Below are positions 53,656 through 61,220 of a stretch of 64,000 nt of DNA, piece after piece. Location of the stretch: contig JBBTCT010000018.1 of assembly GCA_038060895.1 (NCBI GenBank), positions 26,300 to 90,299 of the forward strand, written 5' to 3'. How positions within the stretch are numbered: position 1 is the first letter of the stretch; each line of letters starts with the position of its first letter. Source of the stretch: Planctomycetota bacterium. Its GTDB lineage: Bacteria; Planctomycetota; MHYJ01; WSZJ01. The position numbers and the translations under genes were made by a program. The notes beneath the pieces were generated by a model, which had not been told where the DNA came from, did no database searches, and saw only the letters and a list, made by a program, of their open reading frames with translations.

Positions 53656-55119
53656 ATGATCAAAGTCTCTTCCACCAAGCGCCTCGACCGCACCGACGTC
53701 CTCATTCTCTTTGCCGAGGAGCCGTCGTCGAAGGACGTCAGGGCGCTTCACAAGTGGGACGCGCTCTCCGGGGATTCGAGCCGGCGGCTGGCCGCGGCGC
53801 TCGAGAAGGAGAATTTCCGGGGCAAGGTGGGGCAGACTTTCGTGTGGCACGCGGGGGACTCCCGCGCGGAGCGCGTCATCGTCGCGGGCGTCGGAAAGGC
53901 GGCGACGCGCGACGTGGACCTGACGATCAGGGCGGCCGGCGCGGCGGCGAAGAAGGCGAAGGAGATCGGTGCCACGAAGGTGATGTGCGCGCTTCCGCCG
54001 GCAGGCAAGCTCGGCGAGGAACGCAACGCGCAGGCGGTGACGGAAGGGCTGATCCTGGGCGCGTACGAGTTCGACAAGTACCGGCAGCCGAAGGAGACGA
54101 AGGCGTTTGAGGCGGCCGAGATTCTCGGCGCGCCGGAGCGGGCGGTGAAGCTCGCGGAGATTTTTTCGCGCGCGACCGTTTACGCGCGGGATCTCGTGAA
54201 TACGCCGGCCGGCGACTGCGCGCCGCGGCATCTTGCGGAAGCCGCGAAGCGGCTGGCCGGGTCGAACGTGAAGGTGACGGTGTGGGGGCAGAAGGAGATC
54301 GAGAAAAAGGGGATGGGCGGGCTGATCGGGATCGGGAAAGGCTCGGACGAGCCGTATCACTTCATCATGCTGAAGTGGGAGGGGAAGAAGGGCTCGAAGA
54401 AGGTCGCGATTCTCGGGAAGGGGATTACGTTTGATTCGGGCGGGCTGTGCATCAAGCCGGCGGACGGGATGGGGACGATGAAGTGCGACATGAGCGGCGC
54501 GGCGGCGGTGCTGGCGATGTTCAGCGCGCTGCCGGACCTGAAGCCGGACTGCACGGTGTACGGCTACATTCCCGCGGCGGAGAACATGACGGGCGGGAGC
54601 GCGGTGAAGACGGGCGACGTCCTGCGCACGGCGAGCGGGCGGACGATCGAGGTGAACAACACCGACGCCGAAGGGCGCGTCGTCCTTGCCGACGCGATGG
54701 TCATCGCGCGCGAGGACAAGCCTGACGAGATGATCGATCTCGCGACGCTCACGGGCGCCTGCGTCGTCGCGCTGGGCGACCAGGTCGCCGGCATGTTCTC
54801 CAACGACGACAACCTCGCCGCCGGCCTCGACGCCGCTTCCAAGCGCGCCGGCGAGCGTCTCTGGCGGATGCCGATCGTCGCCGAATACCGCGACCTCCTC
54901 CGGTCCGACATCGCCGACATCAAGAATTCCGGCGGCCGCGGCGGCGGCGCGATCCAAGGGGCGCTCTTCCTGCAGGAATGGGCGGGGGACCAGCCTTGGG
55001 CGCACCTGGACATCGCGGGGCCGGCGTGGACTGACAAGGGGATGTCCTTCTGCCAGCCGGGAGGGACCGGGTTCGGGGTGCGGACGTTGCTTGAGTACGT
55101 GACGGCGCAAGGAAAGTAG
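53656..55119 (+). CDS. pepA: Leucyl aminopeptidase (M17)
   Basis: NTDAEGRVVLADA is the M17 signature, with GKGITFDSGG. 487 aa. Confidence 0.95.
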   Translation: MIKVSSTKRLDRTDVLILFAEEPSSKDVRALHKWDALSGDSSRRLAAALEKENFRGKVGQTFVWHAGDSRAERVIVAGVGKAATRDVDLTIRAAGAAAKKAKEIGATKVMCALPPAGKLGEERNAQAVTEGLILGAYEFDKYRQPKETKAFEAAEILGAPERAVKLAEIFSRATVYARDLVNTPAGDCAPRHLAEAAKRLAGSNVKVTVWGQKEIEKKGMGGLIGIGKGSDEPYHFIMLKWEGKKGSKKVAILGKGITFDSGGLCIKPADGMGTMKCDMSGAAAVLAMFSALPDLKPDCTVYGYIPAAENMTGGSAVKTGDVLRTASGRTIEVNNTDAEGRVVLADAMVIAREDKPDEMIDLATLTGACVVALGDQVAGMFSNDDNLAAGLDAASKRAGERLWRMPIVAEYRDLLRSDIADIKNSGGRGGGAIQGALFLQEWAGDQPWAHLDIAGPAWTDKGMSFCQPGGTGFGVRTLLEYVTAQGK

Positions 55120-55175
55120 GGAGTGAGGAGTGTTGAGGGTTGAGCAGGGAGCAGGGAGGAGTCGGGAGATTTGAG

Positions 55176-55424
55176 ATGACCGCGATCTCTGAACTTGGAC
55201 CATCGCTTGTGATCGGGGCTACCTTTACGGCCTTCTCCGCCGTGAAGTTCTATGGCCTCGCCCGCGGCATCGAGGGCGGAGGCGGCAAGCCGCTTCAGAC
55301 GCGCCTCTGCGGATCCTGACCGACCTGGCCGTCGTGGGCGCGGTTCGCGGCCCCGGTCGTGATGCTGGCCATCGGGCTGGCTAACTTCGGCTACGCCATC
55401 GCCGTCCTGTCGCGCAGCTCGTGA
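55176..55424 (+). CDS. Candidate small two-TM selenoprotein (in-frame TGA at 55317-55319 in a C-G-S-[TGA] context); alternatively a recently inactivated CxxC gene
   Basis: Not in the ORF track. Manual translation gives MTAISELGPSLVIGATFTAFSAVKFYGLARGIEGGGGKPLQTRLCGS-TGA-PTWPSWARFAAPVVMLAIGLANFGYAIAVLSRSS-stop. GGGAGA lies 6 nt before the ATG. The G/C-ending codon bias continues across the TGA, and a hairpin lies just downstream. See the finding for details. Confidence 0.4.
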
Positions 55425-55427
55425 GAC

Positions 55428-56633
55428 TTAGCAGGCGCAGATTCCTCCGAACATGGAGGGGCCGCGCCTTCTCGACCGCATTCGCTGCGCGTAGCGTGAA
55501 AGTGTCAGTGCGCGGGATTTGCGTGGCGAAATCGGCGCGAGGCGGGCGACGATGAGGCACGCGATGCAGGCGAGGAAGAGCGTGCCGGCGGCAATGGCGA
55601 GAGTCCGGAGGGCGGATACGGTCCAAGGGTCGAGGCGCGGAGGCCTTGCCGGATTGGATCGCGGCGGCTCGGGCCGCGGCTCGGCCGCAATCAGCTCGGC
55701 CTCGCCGATCGGAAGTTCCGCGAAGTCCCCCGCCGCGGCCCGCGAGATCCCGCACCTCCTGCACTCCGCCAGGACTTCCGCAATGCCTGGCTCCCGTCCT
55801 TCGAGCACCAGCCTCCATTCGACTCGCTGAAACCCGGTGCGCCACCTTTCCGCTGTCGAAACATTGCGCCGGATGGCGGCCATCGCCGCGTCAATACTCG
55901 CTTCCGCACGCCCCGAACCCACGCGCCAGAGGAAAAACGTCGTCTCGAGGCGCCTGCTCAGTTCGCTCTTCGCCGGGTGACCGAGGTCGAGCGCCCGGAC
56001 CCAGGCCCAGATCGCCAGGTTCTGAGCGCCCCGGCGGCTGAGTTCGTCGCCCAGGACGAGCATGGCGTCGGGGAAGCGCGGGCAGCGGGTGGCGAGCAGG
56101 AGGAGGCGGAAGTAATCGACGCGGGGCCCGGCGCCCGGCGTTGGCCAGGTCGAGTACGGCTCGTCCAGAAAGCCGATGTTCCGCTGAGAAGCGCTCCACC
56201 GCAGCGCCCGAAGATGAAAATCGCCGAGGCCCGGGCAGACGTCCTGGTTGCGCAGAAGCGCCGCCGACAGCGATTCGGCGGCGCTCAGGAATCCGCCCGC
56301 GCGCTCCCGCAGGTCCGCAAGAAGCGCCGCGGCGCCGGCGTTTCCTGGGTCGAGCTGTTCGATCGAGGCGAGTACGGTGCCAGCCTCGCCGTCGCGTCCC
56401 AGCGCCGCCCGGGCTTCCGCGAGAAACAGCCGCGTCGGCAAATCCATAATGTTCGACCGGAGCCTTGTGTCCAAACGGACTTCCCGAAGCGTCCAGTATG
56501 TCTCGCCGTGCGAGGGAACCTGACCCGAGACCAGGTCGAACACGTCTTCCGGCTCCGCAGCCGCCGATGGCGGGCAGGCCCGGGAAAACGAACCGGACAG
56601 AATCGTGGCAAGCAGGGCGAGCCGAATCGTCAT
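55428..56633 (-). CDS. Hypothetical exported protein with C-terminal TM anchor
   Basis: The signal-like N-terminus is MTIRLALLATILSGSFS. The C-terminal TM helix is LAIAAGTLFLACIACLIVA. 401 aa, no family recognised. Confidence 0.5.
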   Translation of the reverse strand: MTIRLALLATILSGSFSRACPPSAAAEPEDVFDLVSGQVPSHGETYWTLREVRLDTRLRSNIMDLPTRLFLAEARAALGRDGEAGTVLASIEQLDPGNAGAAALLADLRERAGGFLSAAESLSAALLRNQDVCPGLGDFHLRALRWSASQRNIGFLDEPYSTWPTPGAGPRVDYFRLLLLATRCPRFPDAMLVLGDELSRRGAQNLAIWAWVRALDLGHPAKSELSRRLETTFFLWRVGSGRAEASIDAAMAAIRRNVSTAERWRTGFQRVEWRLVLEGREPGIAEVLAECRRCGISRAAAGDFAELPIGEAELIAAEPRPEPPRSNPARPPRLDPWTVSALRTLAIAAGTLFLACIACLIVARLAPISPRKSRALTLSRYAQRMRSRRRGPSMFGGICAC

Positions 56634-56756
56634 TCCTGTGCGAACGAAAGCCCGGGTGCGCGGTTCAGCTCTTCCGCGTGAGGATCATCTCGACGAACCG
56701 CAACGCGCGCTTCCCACCTCTTGCGGGAATTCAGGCATCCAGCATCTCCCGAAACA

Positions 56757-56972
56757 TCACTTCCGGACCGCGGCCAGTCCCATGTCGAGGAGCGTCTGCT
56801 TTCCCTTACCGCCGCAGCCGTTGCAGCGAAGGTCGACGACTTCGCCTATTTTCACGCCGGCGATGCCGTGGCACCGCTCGCAGGTGCGGAGCGGGACGAA
56901 AATCGCCGCGGCCAGGAGGCCCGCCCCGGCCAGGACAAACAGGAAGCGGCTTCCGCCTTTTTTGCTGCTCAT
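56757..56972 (-). CDS. Small membrane-anchored protein with DnaJ-type CxxCxGxG zinc-finger repeats
   Basis: The sequence is MSSKKGGSRFLFVLAGAGLLAAAIFVPLRTCERCHGIAGVKIGEVVDLRCNGCGGKGKQ... with two CxxC(x)G motifs after one TM helix. The start is ATG 56972 or 56981. The track ORF to 57266 is a spurious extension. Confidence 0.5.
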   Translation of the reverse strand: MSSKKGGSRFLFVLAGAGLLAAAIFVPLRTCERCHGIAGVKIGEVVDLRCNGCGGKGKQTLLDMGLAAVRK

Positions 56973-57018
56973 GCGCCCCATCCTACCGCCGCCGGGGGGC
57001 GGGTACAATCCGCGCCCC

Positions 57019-57651
57019 GTGCCATCCTTCCTGTCCCTCTGCGTCTTCGCGCGCCGCCCCGAGCGCGGCAAGGTCAAGACGCGCCTTGCCGCCGAGATCG
57101 GGGAGGAGGCGGCGCTGGAGGCGTATCGCGACTGCCTGCGGGCGACCTCGGCCCGGGTGGCGGAAGCGGCGCCGCAAGGGGCGCAGCGGGGGCCCTTCGT
57201 GTTCGGGACGCCGGACGGGTGCTCGGTGGACCTGGCGGCGTACTTCCCGCGATGGAGCGCGTTCATGGATCAGGGGGACGGCGACCTGGGCGAACGGATG
57301 GCGCGTGCTTTCCGGAGGCTGTCACCGGCGGTGCTGGTGGGGACGGACTCGCCTGACCTGCCGCTGGAGTATTTTGAACGCGCGTTCAAGGATCTGGAGA
57401 CGCACGATGTCGTGATTGGTCCCGCGGAAGACGGCGGTTACGTGCTGATCGGGATGCGGGAACCGCGCGAAGAGCTTTTCCGGGGGGTGCCGTGGTCGTC
57501 GCCGGACACGCTGAAGGTGACGCTGGAGAAGGCGAAGGGACTGAAAGTATCGCTCCTGCCGGCGTGGTATGACGTGGACACGAAAGCCGGCCTCGAGAGG
57601 TGGAGAGGTCGCCCCATCGTCCCGGCTGGCCCGAAAACGAAAAAGGCATGA
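57019..57651 (+). CDS. DUF2064 (TIGR04282-like) nucleotidyl/glycosyl-transferase-fold protein
   Basis: LCVFARRPERGKVKTRLAAEIGEEAALEAYRDCL...VLVGTDSPDLP...HDVVIGPAEDGGYVLIGM is the typical DUF2064 pattern. The start is GTG 57019 or ATG 56971. Confidence 0.75.
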   Translation: MPSFLSLCVFARRPERGKVKTRLAAEIGEEAALEAYRDCLRATSARVAEAAPQGAQRGPFVFGTPDGCSVDLAAYFPRWSAFMDQGDGDLGERMARAFRRLSPAVLVGTDSPDLPLEYFERAFKDLETHDVVIGPAEDGGYVLIGMREPREELFRGVPWSSPDTLKVTLEKAKGLKVSLLPAWYDVDTKAGLERWRGRPIVPAGPKTKKA

Positions 57652-57732
57652 GCCACAGAGGACACAGAGGCCGCAGAGAAAACTCCCAATTGTCGGATGG
57701 GCTTTCTCTGTGCTCTCTGTGTCCTCTGTGGC
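57652..57732. repeat. IR9: inverted repeat with (CACAGAG)n-like arms
   Basis: Left arm 57652-57681 is gccacagaggacacagaggccgcagagaaa. The reverse complement of right arm 57703-57732 is gccacagaggacacagagagcacagagaaa, matching 27/30. The loop is 21 nt. It starts 1 nt after the DUF2064 stop. Confidence 0.9.
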
Positions 57733-57754
57733 AACGCCCTTTCCTTTGCCCCCC

Positions 57755-58465
57755 ATGTGGGCGCCTCGCAGCGTGAGTTCTTCGCCCAGGATCGCCGTCG
57801 TCATTCCCGCGCTGAACGAGGAGAAGTCGCTCCCCCTCGTCCTCGCCGCCCTTCCGAAAGTCGACGACGTCATCGTGGTGGACAACGGCTCCACCGACCG
57901 CACCGCCGACGTCGCGCGCACCGGCGGCGCCCGGATCGTGAGCGAATCGCGGCGTGGCTACGGAAGCGCCTGTCTCGCGGGAATCGCCGCCCTTCGCGAG
58001 CCCGACATCGTCGTCTTCGTGGACGCGGACTTCAGCGACCACCCCGACGAGTTGCCGCTTCTCGTCGCACCGATCGCGGAGGACCGCGCGGACATGGTGA
58101 TCGGCTCTCGCGCGCTCGGGAACCGCGAGAAAGGCGCGCTGCTTCCCCAGGCCCGCTTCGGCAACATGCTCGCCTGCTTCCTGATGCGCGTGATCTACGG
58201 CCACCGCTACACCGACCTCGGGCCGTTCCGTGCGATCCGCCTCTCTTCCCTCCGGAAAATCGGCATGCGCGACCGCAATTTCGGGTGGACCGTCGAGATG
58301 CAGATCCGCGCGCTGCGACACGGCCTGCGCGTCACGGAAGTCCCCGTCAGCTACCGCAAGCGCGTCGGCGTCTCGAAAATCACCGGAACGCTCTCCGGCA
58401 CGCTGCGTGCAGGGTATAAGATCCTCTTCACCATCTTCCGCCACGCATTGTCGCGGAAGGGGTAA
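57755..58465 (+). CDS. Glycosyltransferase family 2 (DPM1/TIGR04283-like)
   Basis: IAVVIPALNEEKSLPLVL...VIVVDNGSTDRT...VFVDADFSD... The start was set at MWAPRS (57755). This family typically partners with DUF2064. Confidence 0.85.
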   Translation: MWAPRSVSSSPRIAVVIPALNEEKSLPLVLAALPKVDDVIVVDNGSTDRTADVARTGGARIVSESRRGYGSACLAGIAALREPDIVVFVDADFSDHPDELPLLVAPIAEDRADMVIGSRALGNREKGALLPQARFGNMLACFLMRVIYGHRYTDLGPFRAIRLSSLRKIGMRDRNFGWTVEMQIRALRHGLRVTEVPVSYRKRVGVSKITGTLSGTLRAGYKILFTIFRHALSRKG

Positions 58466-58473
58466 CGTCAACC

Positions 58474-59739
58474 ATGATGGCCCTTCGTAAAGCGGCTTTC
58501 CTTGCGTTCGCGCTCGCCGCGCTTCCCGCGCCGGCGTACGAACTCTGGTACAAGGACCGCGTGCTCTTCGACGACCTGCCGCTGAGAGAGATCGAGGATG
58601 GAGCTTCCCTCACGTTCAAGGTCATCCCTCAGGGCAAGTACCGCTTCGGCTGGTGCGCCGTCACGTACCCCGACGGAACGACGGGGAGCTTACAGGACGC
58701 CGAAATAAAAAACGGGAAGGCGACGCAGAAGGTGAAGTTCGACCAGGGGAAGGGGAAGTACGTGGTGGAGTTCCTGATGGAGGGGCCTCTCGGGCCGGCG
58801 GTGGGGGCGATCTTTCACTACTGGGTCGGGGTGCCGGAGGAGAAGGAGGAAGTCCGGGACTTCAAGTGGGACGTGCGAGGCGCGGAGGAGATCGAGAAGG
58901 ACGTCTTTGACCGGATCAACGCGTTCCGGAAGACGTGCAAGGCGCCGGAGGTGAAGTGGGACGACCGGATCTGCGCGATCGGGCGGGAGCACTGCGACGA
59001 CATGATCGAGGGGCGTTACTTCGCGCACATTTCGCCGAAGCACGGTGACCTGGGGACTCGGGCGAAGGTGAAGTACGGGTGGAAGAACGTGATCTGGGGG
59101 ATGCCGGACCGCGGCTACGTGGAGAAGCCGGACGGACCGATTTTCATCGGGGAGGACATTGCGTACGACAACAACCCCGCGGGGGCGATGGATGCGTGGC
59201 TCGGCTCGCCGGGGCACCGCGCGGTCTTCATGAACAAGTTCGTGACGCACTGCGGGGTGGGAGTGAAGAAGTACGAGGCGATGGAAAACGGATTCCTCGT
59301 GCGGAAGATCTATTTTGTGGCGGCGTTCGCGCTTTACGCGGACACGAACATCGAAAAGGCGGAGAAAGAAGCGGAGCTGCGTCGGGTCGAGGCGAAGGCT
59401 CTTCCGCAGTTCGAGCGTGCGCAGGCGCTGGAGGCGATCGACCCGCCGGCGGCGGTGAAGCAGTACGAGGAGCTTGCCGCGAAGTTTCCGGACTCGGCGA
59501 GCGGGCGGAAGGCGGCGGCGCGGGCGAAGGAGCTGACAGGCGCGCCGGACTGGGCGGAAACGGTGAAGAAGGCAGATGGCCGGCGGGAAGCGCGGCAGTG
59601 GATGGATCGGGCGAAGATGCTGATCGACAACAAGCGGCCCGACAATGCGAGGACGTGGCTGGAAAAAGTGGTCGCGGGGCATCCCGGGACGCCGGAGGCG
59701 GAGGAGGCGCGGCGGTTGATCAAGACGCTGCAGGAGTAA
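58474..59739 (+). CDS. Secreted CAP/SCP (PR-1-like) domain protein with C-terminal TPR-like helical region
   Basis: Signal peptide is AAFLAFALAALPAPA. The CAP core is RINAFRKTCKAPEVKWDDRICAIGREHCDDMIEGRYFAHISP...GSPGHRAVFMNKFVTHCGVGV. The C-terminal part is helical with repeats. Confidence 0.7.
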   Translation: MMALRKAAFLAFALAALPAPAYELWYKDRVLFDDLPLREIEDGASLTFKVIPQGKYRFGWCAVTYPDGTTGSLQDAEIKNGKATQKVKFDQGKGKYVVEFLMEGPLGPAVGAIFHYWVGVPEEKEEVRDFKWDVRGAEEIEKDVFDRINAFRKTCKAPEVKWDDRICAIGREHCDDMIEGRYFAHISPKHGDLGTRAKVKYGWKNVIWGMPDRGYVEKPDGPIFIGEDIAYDNNPAGAMDAWLGSPGHRAVFMNKFVTHCGVGVKKYEAMENGFLVRKIYFVAAFALYADTNIEKAEKEAELRRVEAKALPQFERAQALEAIDPPAAVKQYEELAAKFPDSASGRKAAARAKELTGAPDWAETVKKADGRREARQWMDRAKMLIDNKRPDNARTWLEKVVAGHPGTPEAEEARRLIKTLQE

Positions 59740-59860
59740 GGGGATAGGGTTGGGATTTGGAGTTGTCGTGGCCTTTTTTTCGCATTTCCAACAATACGGC
59801 AGCTCTCTCCCCGTTCCTGATGCAAGGGGGACGACCAGACCTCACACTGGGAGACAGCCG

Positions 59861-60112
59861 ATGCTTCACAGAATTTTCGCCGGGTTGCTGGCCTGCGCGT
59901 TCCTGGCCACGCACGCCGGCGCGGATGGACCGCCGCCGCCGCCGAAGCCGCCAAAACCGCCGCCGCCGCCTGCTGGGGGTGACCCGGGGGACGAAAAGCC
60001 GAAGCCGCCGAAAAAAAAGAAGGGCAAGAAGCCGCCTCCTCCGCCGAAGGACGGCGAGAAGCCGCCGATGCCCCCGCCTCCTCCCCCCCCGAAGGACGGC
60101 GAGGGGGGCTGA
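59861..60112 (+). CDS. Secreted Pro/Lys-rich low-complexity protein (first part of a TGA-interrupted frame)
   Basis: Signal peptide MLHRIFAGLLACAFLATHAGA is followed by PPPPPKPPKPPPPP...KKKKGKKPPPPPKDGEKPPMPPPPPPPKDGEGG. TGA 60110-60112 is in frame with the next ORF. Confidence 0.5.
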   Translation: MLHRIFAGLLACAFLATHAGADGPPPPPKPPKPPPPPAGGDPGDEKPKPPKKKKGKKPPPPPKDGEKPPMPPPPPPPKDGEGG

Positions 60113-60118
60113 CCCGAC

Positions 60119-60406
60119 ATGGATGACGGCGGGAAACCGCCGATGCCTCCGGACGGAGGCACGGGTGACGAAAAGGATGGGAAGAAACCGAAGCCGCCGA
60201 AGGGCGCCAAGGGCGGAAAGCCGCCGCTGCCTCCGCTCCCGAAGGACGGAAAAGGCCCGAAACCGCCGCTCCCGCCTCCGCTTCCTCCGCCAGACGGCGA
60301 GGGCGACCCCGATGGTCCGAAGCCTCCTTTGCCGCCGAAGCCGCCGATGCCTCCTGCCGAAGAGGGTGAGGGCGAGGAAGAGGATCCGATGGACGATCTC
60401 AAGTAA
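60119..60406 (+). CDS. Pro/Lys/Gly-rich low-complexity ORF, same frame as 59861-60112, no signal peptide of its own
   Basis: MDDGGKPPMPPDGG...KPPLPPLPKDGKGPKPPLPPPLPPPDGEGD...EEGEGEEEDPMDDLK has the same composition and repeat units as the upstream ORF. It may be its read-through continuation. Confidence 0.4.
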   Translation: MDDGGKPPMPPDGGTGDEKDGKKPKPPKGAKGGKPPLPPLPKDGKGPKPPLPPPLPPPDGEGDPDGPKPPLPPKPPMPPAEEGEGEEEDPMDDLK

Positions 60407-60434
60407 TCCTAAGTCCCGACAGGACCTTCGCTTC

Positions 60435-60465
60435 GGGCCCGGCTTCGGCCGGGCCCGTTTTTTTT
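60435..60465 (+). terminator. Rho-independent terminator
   Basis: GGGCCCGGC-TTCG-GCCGGGCCC followed by G TTTTTTTT. Confidence 0.8.
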
Positions 60466-60548
60466 GTAAGGTCCCGTAACGTTTTTCTTCCCCCCCCGTC
60501 CTTCTAGGCGTCGGGGGGACCAGAAAAACCAACTCAGCGAGGTCGAAA

Positions 60549-61142
60549 ATGAACCGGATTCTCACGATCGCTGCGCTCGCGCTCTTCGTGTTCGGGACTA
60601 ATGGCTACGCCGAAGACGACAAGCGGGCCGAGCCCGGATCTGACGGCAAAGCCGAGGGCAAAGAGGGAAAAGTAGACGAGAAGAAGGACCGCGAGGCGCG
60701 GGCGTGGGCCGAGAAGAAGGCCGCCGAGTTCAAGCGCTGGAGCGACGAGAAGAAGAAGTGCGAACGCGACGGGCATCATCGCTGCGGAGCGGGCGCGCGG
60801 AAGGGCTGTGAGAACCGCGATTGCGAGCGGAAGGGCCACAGGAAGTGCCAGGACGAAGCCCGCGCGAAGTGCAAGGGCGCGTGCGAGGAGATTCGCGCGA
60901 AGGCGAAGAAGGACAAGGCCGTTGACATCAAGGGTGACGAGAAGAAGAAAATCGATGCGAAGCCGGGCGACATCGTTCCTGGCGGCAAGAAGGACGGCGA
61001 CGGGAAGTGCGACAAGGACGAAAAGCCTGCGGATGGCGACGGGAAGTGCGACAAGGGCTGCGACGACAAGGCGAAGGACGAAGAGAAGGCAAAGGACGAA
61101 CCGAAGGACGAGGAAGGCGACGGCCTGGGCGACCTGAAGTAA
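60549..61142 (+). CDS. Secreted Lys/Asp/Glu-rich, Cys-containing low-complexity protein
   Basis: Signal peptide is MNRILTIAALALFVFGTNGYA. The protein contains 12 Cys, by hand count, in charged context and the repeat DGDGKCDK (x2). The C-terminus is EEGDGLGDLK. Confidence 0.6.
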   Translation: MNRILTIAALALFVFGTNGYAEDDKRAEPGSDGKAEGKEGKVDEKKDREARAWAEKKAAEFKRWSDEKKKCERDGHHRCGAGARKGCENRDCERKGHRKCQDEARAKCKGACEEIRAKAKKDKAVDIKGDEKKKIDAKPGDIVPGGKKDGDGKCDKDEKPADGDGKCDKGCDDKAKDEEKAKDEPKDEEGDGLGDLK

Positions 61143-61162
61143 CGGTTCGCAGCGCAAACTCG

Positions 61163-61190
61163 AAGGCCCGGCCAAAAGCCGGGCCTTTTT
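61163..61190. terminator. Bidirectional-looking rho-independent terminator between convergent genes
   Basis: AA-GGCCCGGC-CAAAA-GCCGGGCC-TTTTT. Confidence 0.7.
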
Positions 61191-61220
61191 ATATTGGGTC
61201 GCGTCCGACTCGCTCCGGAC

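Noticed and set aside
55120-55175. Purine/G-rich low-complexity stretch (ggagtgaggagtgttgagggttgagcagggagcagggaggagtcgggag) resembling one arm of the long hairpins
   Set aside because: No complementary C-rich arm follows; the candidate selenoprotein ORF starts right after it. I treated it as leader/RBS region only.
55317-60112. Alternative genetic code (TGA as sense) to explain the two in-frame TGAs
   Set aside because: Many well-supported genes in the window terminate at TGA, including ATGA-type coupled stops (fliJ/motE-like, HK/RR, GT2/LPS kinase). TGA is therefore a normal stop here, and only local recoding or mutation is plausible.
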